Source: Nitrospinales bacterium
Lineage (GTDB): Bacteria > Nitrospinota > Nitrospinia > Nitrospinales > VA-1
NCBI GenBank assembly: GCA_965223795.1
Contig: CBDCXL010000001.1
Span: forward strand, 608,120-672,119
Direction: 5' to 3'
Length of the DNA stretch: 64,000 bases
Both the position numbers and the translations under genes were made by a program. Below are positions 62,237 through 64,000 of the stretch, in pieces. Below the pieces are notes generated by a model. It had not been told where the DNA came from. It made no database searches and worked only from the letters and a program-made list of their open reading frames with translations. Position 1 is the stretch's first letter, and the number at the start of each line of letters is the position of its first letter.

Positions 62237-63400
62237 ATGAATCAAGGAAAATATATCTTCACATCGGAATCCGTCGGAGAGGGGCATCCCGACAAGATCG
62301 CCGACCAGGTTTCCGACGGAATCCTGGACGCGATTCTGGAAAAAGATCCCAGGGCCCGGGTGGCCTGCGAGACGATGATCACCACCGGTTTCGCGGTGGT
62401 GGGGGGCGAGATCTCCGCCGACTGCTACATCGAGATTCCGCGGGTGGTGCGGAAAATCATCAAGGACATCGGTTACTCGCATTCGGAAATGGGTTTCGAC
62501 TTCGAAACCTGCGGCGTGCTGGTGGCGCTGGACGAGCAGTCCGCGGACATCGCCCGCGGCGTCGACGATTCCGACACCAAGGAACAGGGCGCGGGCGACC
62601 AGGGGCTGATGTTCGGCTACGCGAGCAACGAAACCAAGGAACTGATGCCGATGCCGATCATGTTCGCGCACAAACTGGTGCGCCGGCTGGCGGAACTGCG
62701 GAAAAAGGGCACCCTGCCCTATCTCCGGCCGGACTGCAAATCCCAGGTTTCCATCCAGTATGAAAATCAGAAACCGGTGTGCGTGGACACGGTGGTCATC
62801 TCCACGCAGCACGACGCCAACGTGAAAAACAAGCAGCTTCGCGGCGAGATCACCGAACAGGTCATCAACAAGGTGATCCCGGAAAAGCTGCGCGCCAAAA
62901 AGATGAAGGTCCACATCAATCCCACCGGCCGATTCGTGGTGGGCGGCCCGAACGGGGACTGCGGGCTGACGGGACGCAAGATCATCGTCGACACCTACGG
63001 CGGCTTTTCCCGCCACGGGGGCGGGGCGTTTTCCGGCAAGGACCCCTCGAAGGTGGACCGCTCCGCCGCCTACATGGCCCGCTACATCGCCAAGAACCTG
63101 GTGGCCGCTAAAATCGCCGACCGCTGCGAGGTGCAGCTTGCCTACGCCATCGGCGTGGCGGACCCGGTGTCGGTGTTCGTGGAAACCTTCGACACCTGCA
63201 AAGCCGATCCGGCCATTCTGGAAGACCTCGTGCGCTCCCACTTCGACCTGAAACCGGCGGGGATCATCGAATCGCTTGACCTGCTCAAACCCCGGTACAG
63301 CTCCACCGCGGCGTACGGACATTTCGGGCGCACGGAAAAGGAATTCACCTGGGAGAAGACCGATAAAGCGGCGGCGCTGAAAAAAGACGCGGGACTGTGA
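62237..63400 (+). CDS. metK: S-adenosylmethionine synthetase
   Basis: [36 protein letters not shown]. Confidence 0.98.
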   Translation: MNQGKYIFTSESVGEGHPDKIADQVSDGILDAILEKDPRARVACETMITTGFAVVGGEISADCYIEIPRVVRKIIKDIGYSHSEMGFDFETCGVLVALDEQSADIARGVDDSDTKEQGAGDQGLMFGYASNETKELMPMPIMFAHKLVRRLAELRKKGTLPYLRPDCKSQVSIQYENQKPVCVDTVVISTQHDANVKNKQLRGEITEQVINKVIPEKLRAKKMKVHINPTGRFVVGGPNGDCGLTGRKIIVDTYGGFSRHGGGAFSGKDPSKVDRSAAYMARYIAKNLVAAKIADRCEVQLAYAIGVADPVSVFVETFDTCKADPAILEDLVRSHFDLKPAGIIESLDLLKPRYSSTAAYGHFGRTEKEFTWEKTDKAAALKKDAGL

Positions 63401-63438
63401 CGGCTTTCAGGCAGGAGCGGTAGGGAGGCGGCGCCGGT

Positions 63439-63825
63439 TCAGCAGCCGACGGTGTTCATGACTTTCTTGATGCGGGTGTCCAGCTCCTCCGGTTCGATCG
63501 GCTTGACCATGTACTGATCGATGCCGAGCTTCATGGCCTTCAGCACCTTTTCTTTCTCGGTCTCGACGGTGATGAGCAGGAACGGGATTTTACGCAGGAT
63601 GGTGCCGTTCTTGATGGCCTTGAAAAATTCCAGCCCGTCCATATTGGGCATGTGCCAGTCGGAGATGACCAAGTCGATCTCCTGATTGTTGATGATCGCC
63701 AGCGCCTTGCGGCCGTCGTCGGTCACGGTCACGTCCAGGTAGCCCAGCTTCTTCAGGGTCCGCTTGAGCAGCAGGCGCATACCGCCGTCGTCGTCGACGA
63801 CCAGAATTTTAATCGTGTGATTCAT
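63439..63825 (-). CDS. Stand-alone CheY-like response regulator
   Basis: ILVVDDD, ISDWHMPNMDG, YMVKP. Confidence 0.9.
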   Translation of the reverse strand: MNHTIKILVVDDDGGMRLLLKRTLKKLGYLDVTVTDDGRKALAIINNQEIDLVISDWHMPNMDGLEFFKAIKNGTILRKIPFLLITVETEKEKVLKAMKLGIDQYMVKPIEPEELDTRIKKVMNTVGC

Positions 63826-64000
63826 GCTTTCTTCCCGGTTTCGGATGGCGGACCCGGCGTGGGCCCTCTTTTGCAGATTATCCTATAACTTATTGATAAA
63901 CAAGAAGTATTTTCATTTCCGCCAGGCCCGTTCCGGGGCGTTTTGAAACACGCTGTAAAACCGGATTTTGACAGCGCACCGTGAGGCAGCCCATGCAGCG

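Overview
GC-rich bacterial chromosome segment made mostly of housekeeping genes. An orphan epsilon subunit of a five-subunit 2-oxoacid:ferredoxin oxidoreductase, plus several stand-alone receiver proteins, suggests a reductive-TCA autotroph such as a Nitrospina/Nitrospira-type nitrite oxidiser (inference, not verified). Recognisable loci: Sel1 protein, M48 peptidase, glpE, an RND efflux operon, cydAB, tRNA-Arg(CCT), a YeeE/YedE pair, a parvulin-rhodanese fusion, oppD/oppF-type ATPases, a sigma-54 activator, folC-lptD-pyrE, a cheY-cheB-cheR-cheX-cheX cluster, dnaK-grpE-dnaJ, a eukaryote-type UDP-glucose pyrophosphorylase, nnr-tsaE, lptCAB-rpoN-hpf-ptsN-ptsI and metK. Most notable unexplained structure: (1) a transposase-free ~0.9 kb AT-rich gene cassette bracketed by ~50 bp imperfect inverted repeats, built from modules that recur elsewhere in the window; (2) a palindromic REP-like family, one copy of which lies in-frame inside a probable CDS; (3) a diverged duplicate of the oppD/oppF junction that forms a 28-aa ORF coupled on both sides; (4) five exactly spaced sigma-54 promoter motifs, one in front of the rpoN operon; (5) a tandem pair of paralogous proteins of unknown family; (6) two small membrane ORFs below the ORF-track cutoff. 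Four apparent frameshifts may be sequencing errors. I saw no CRISPR array, integrase or transposase.
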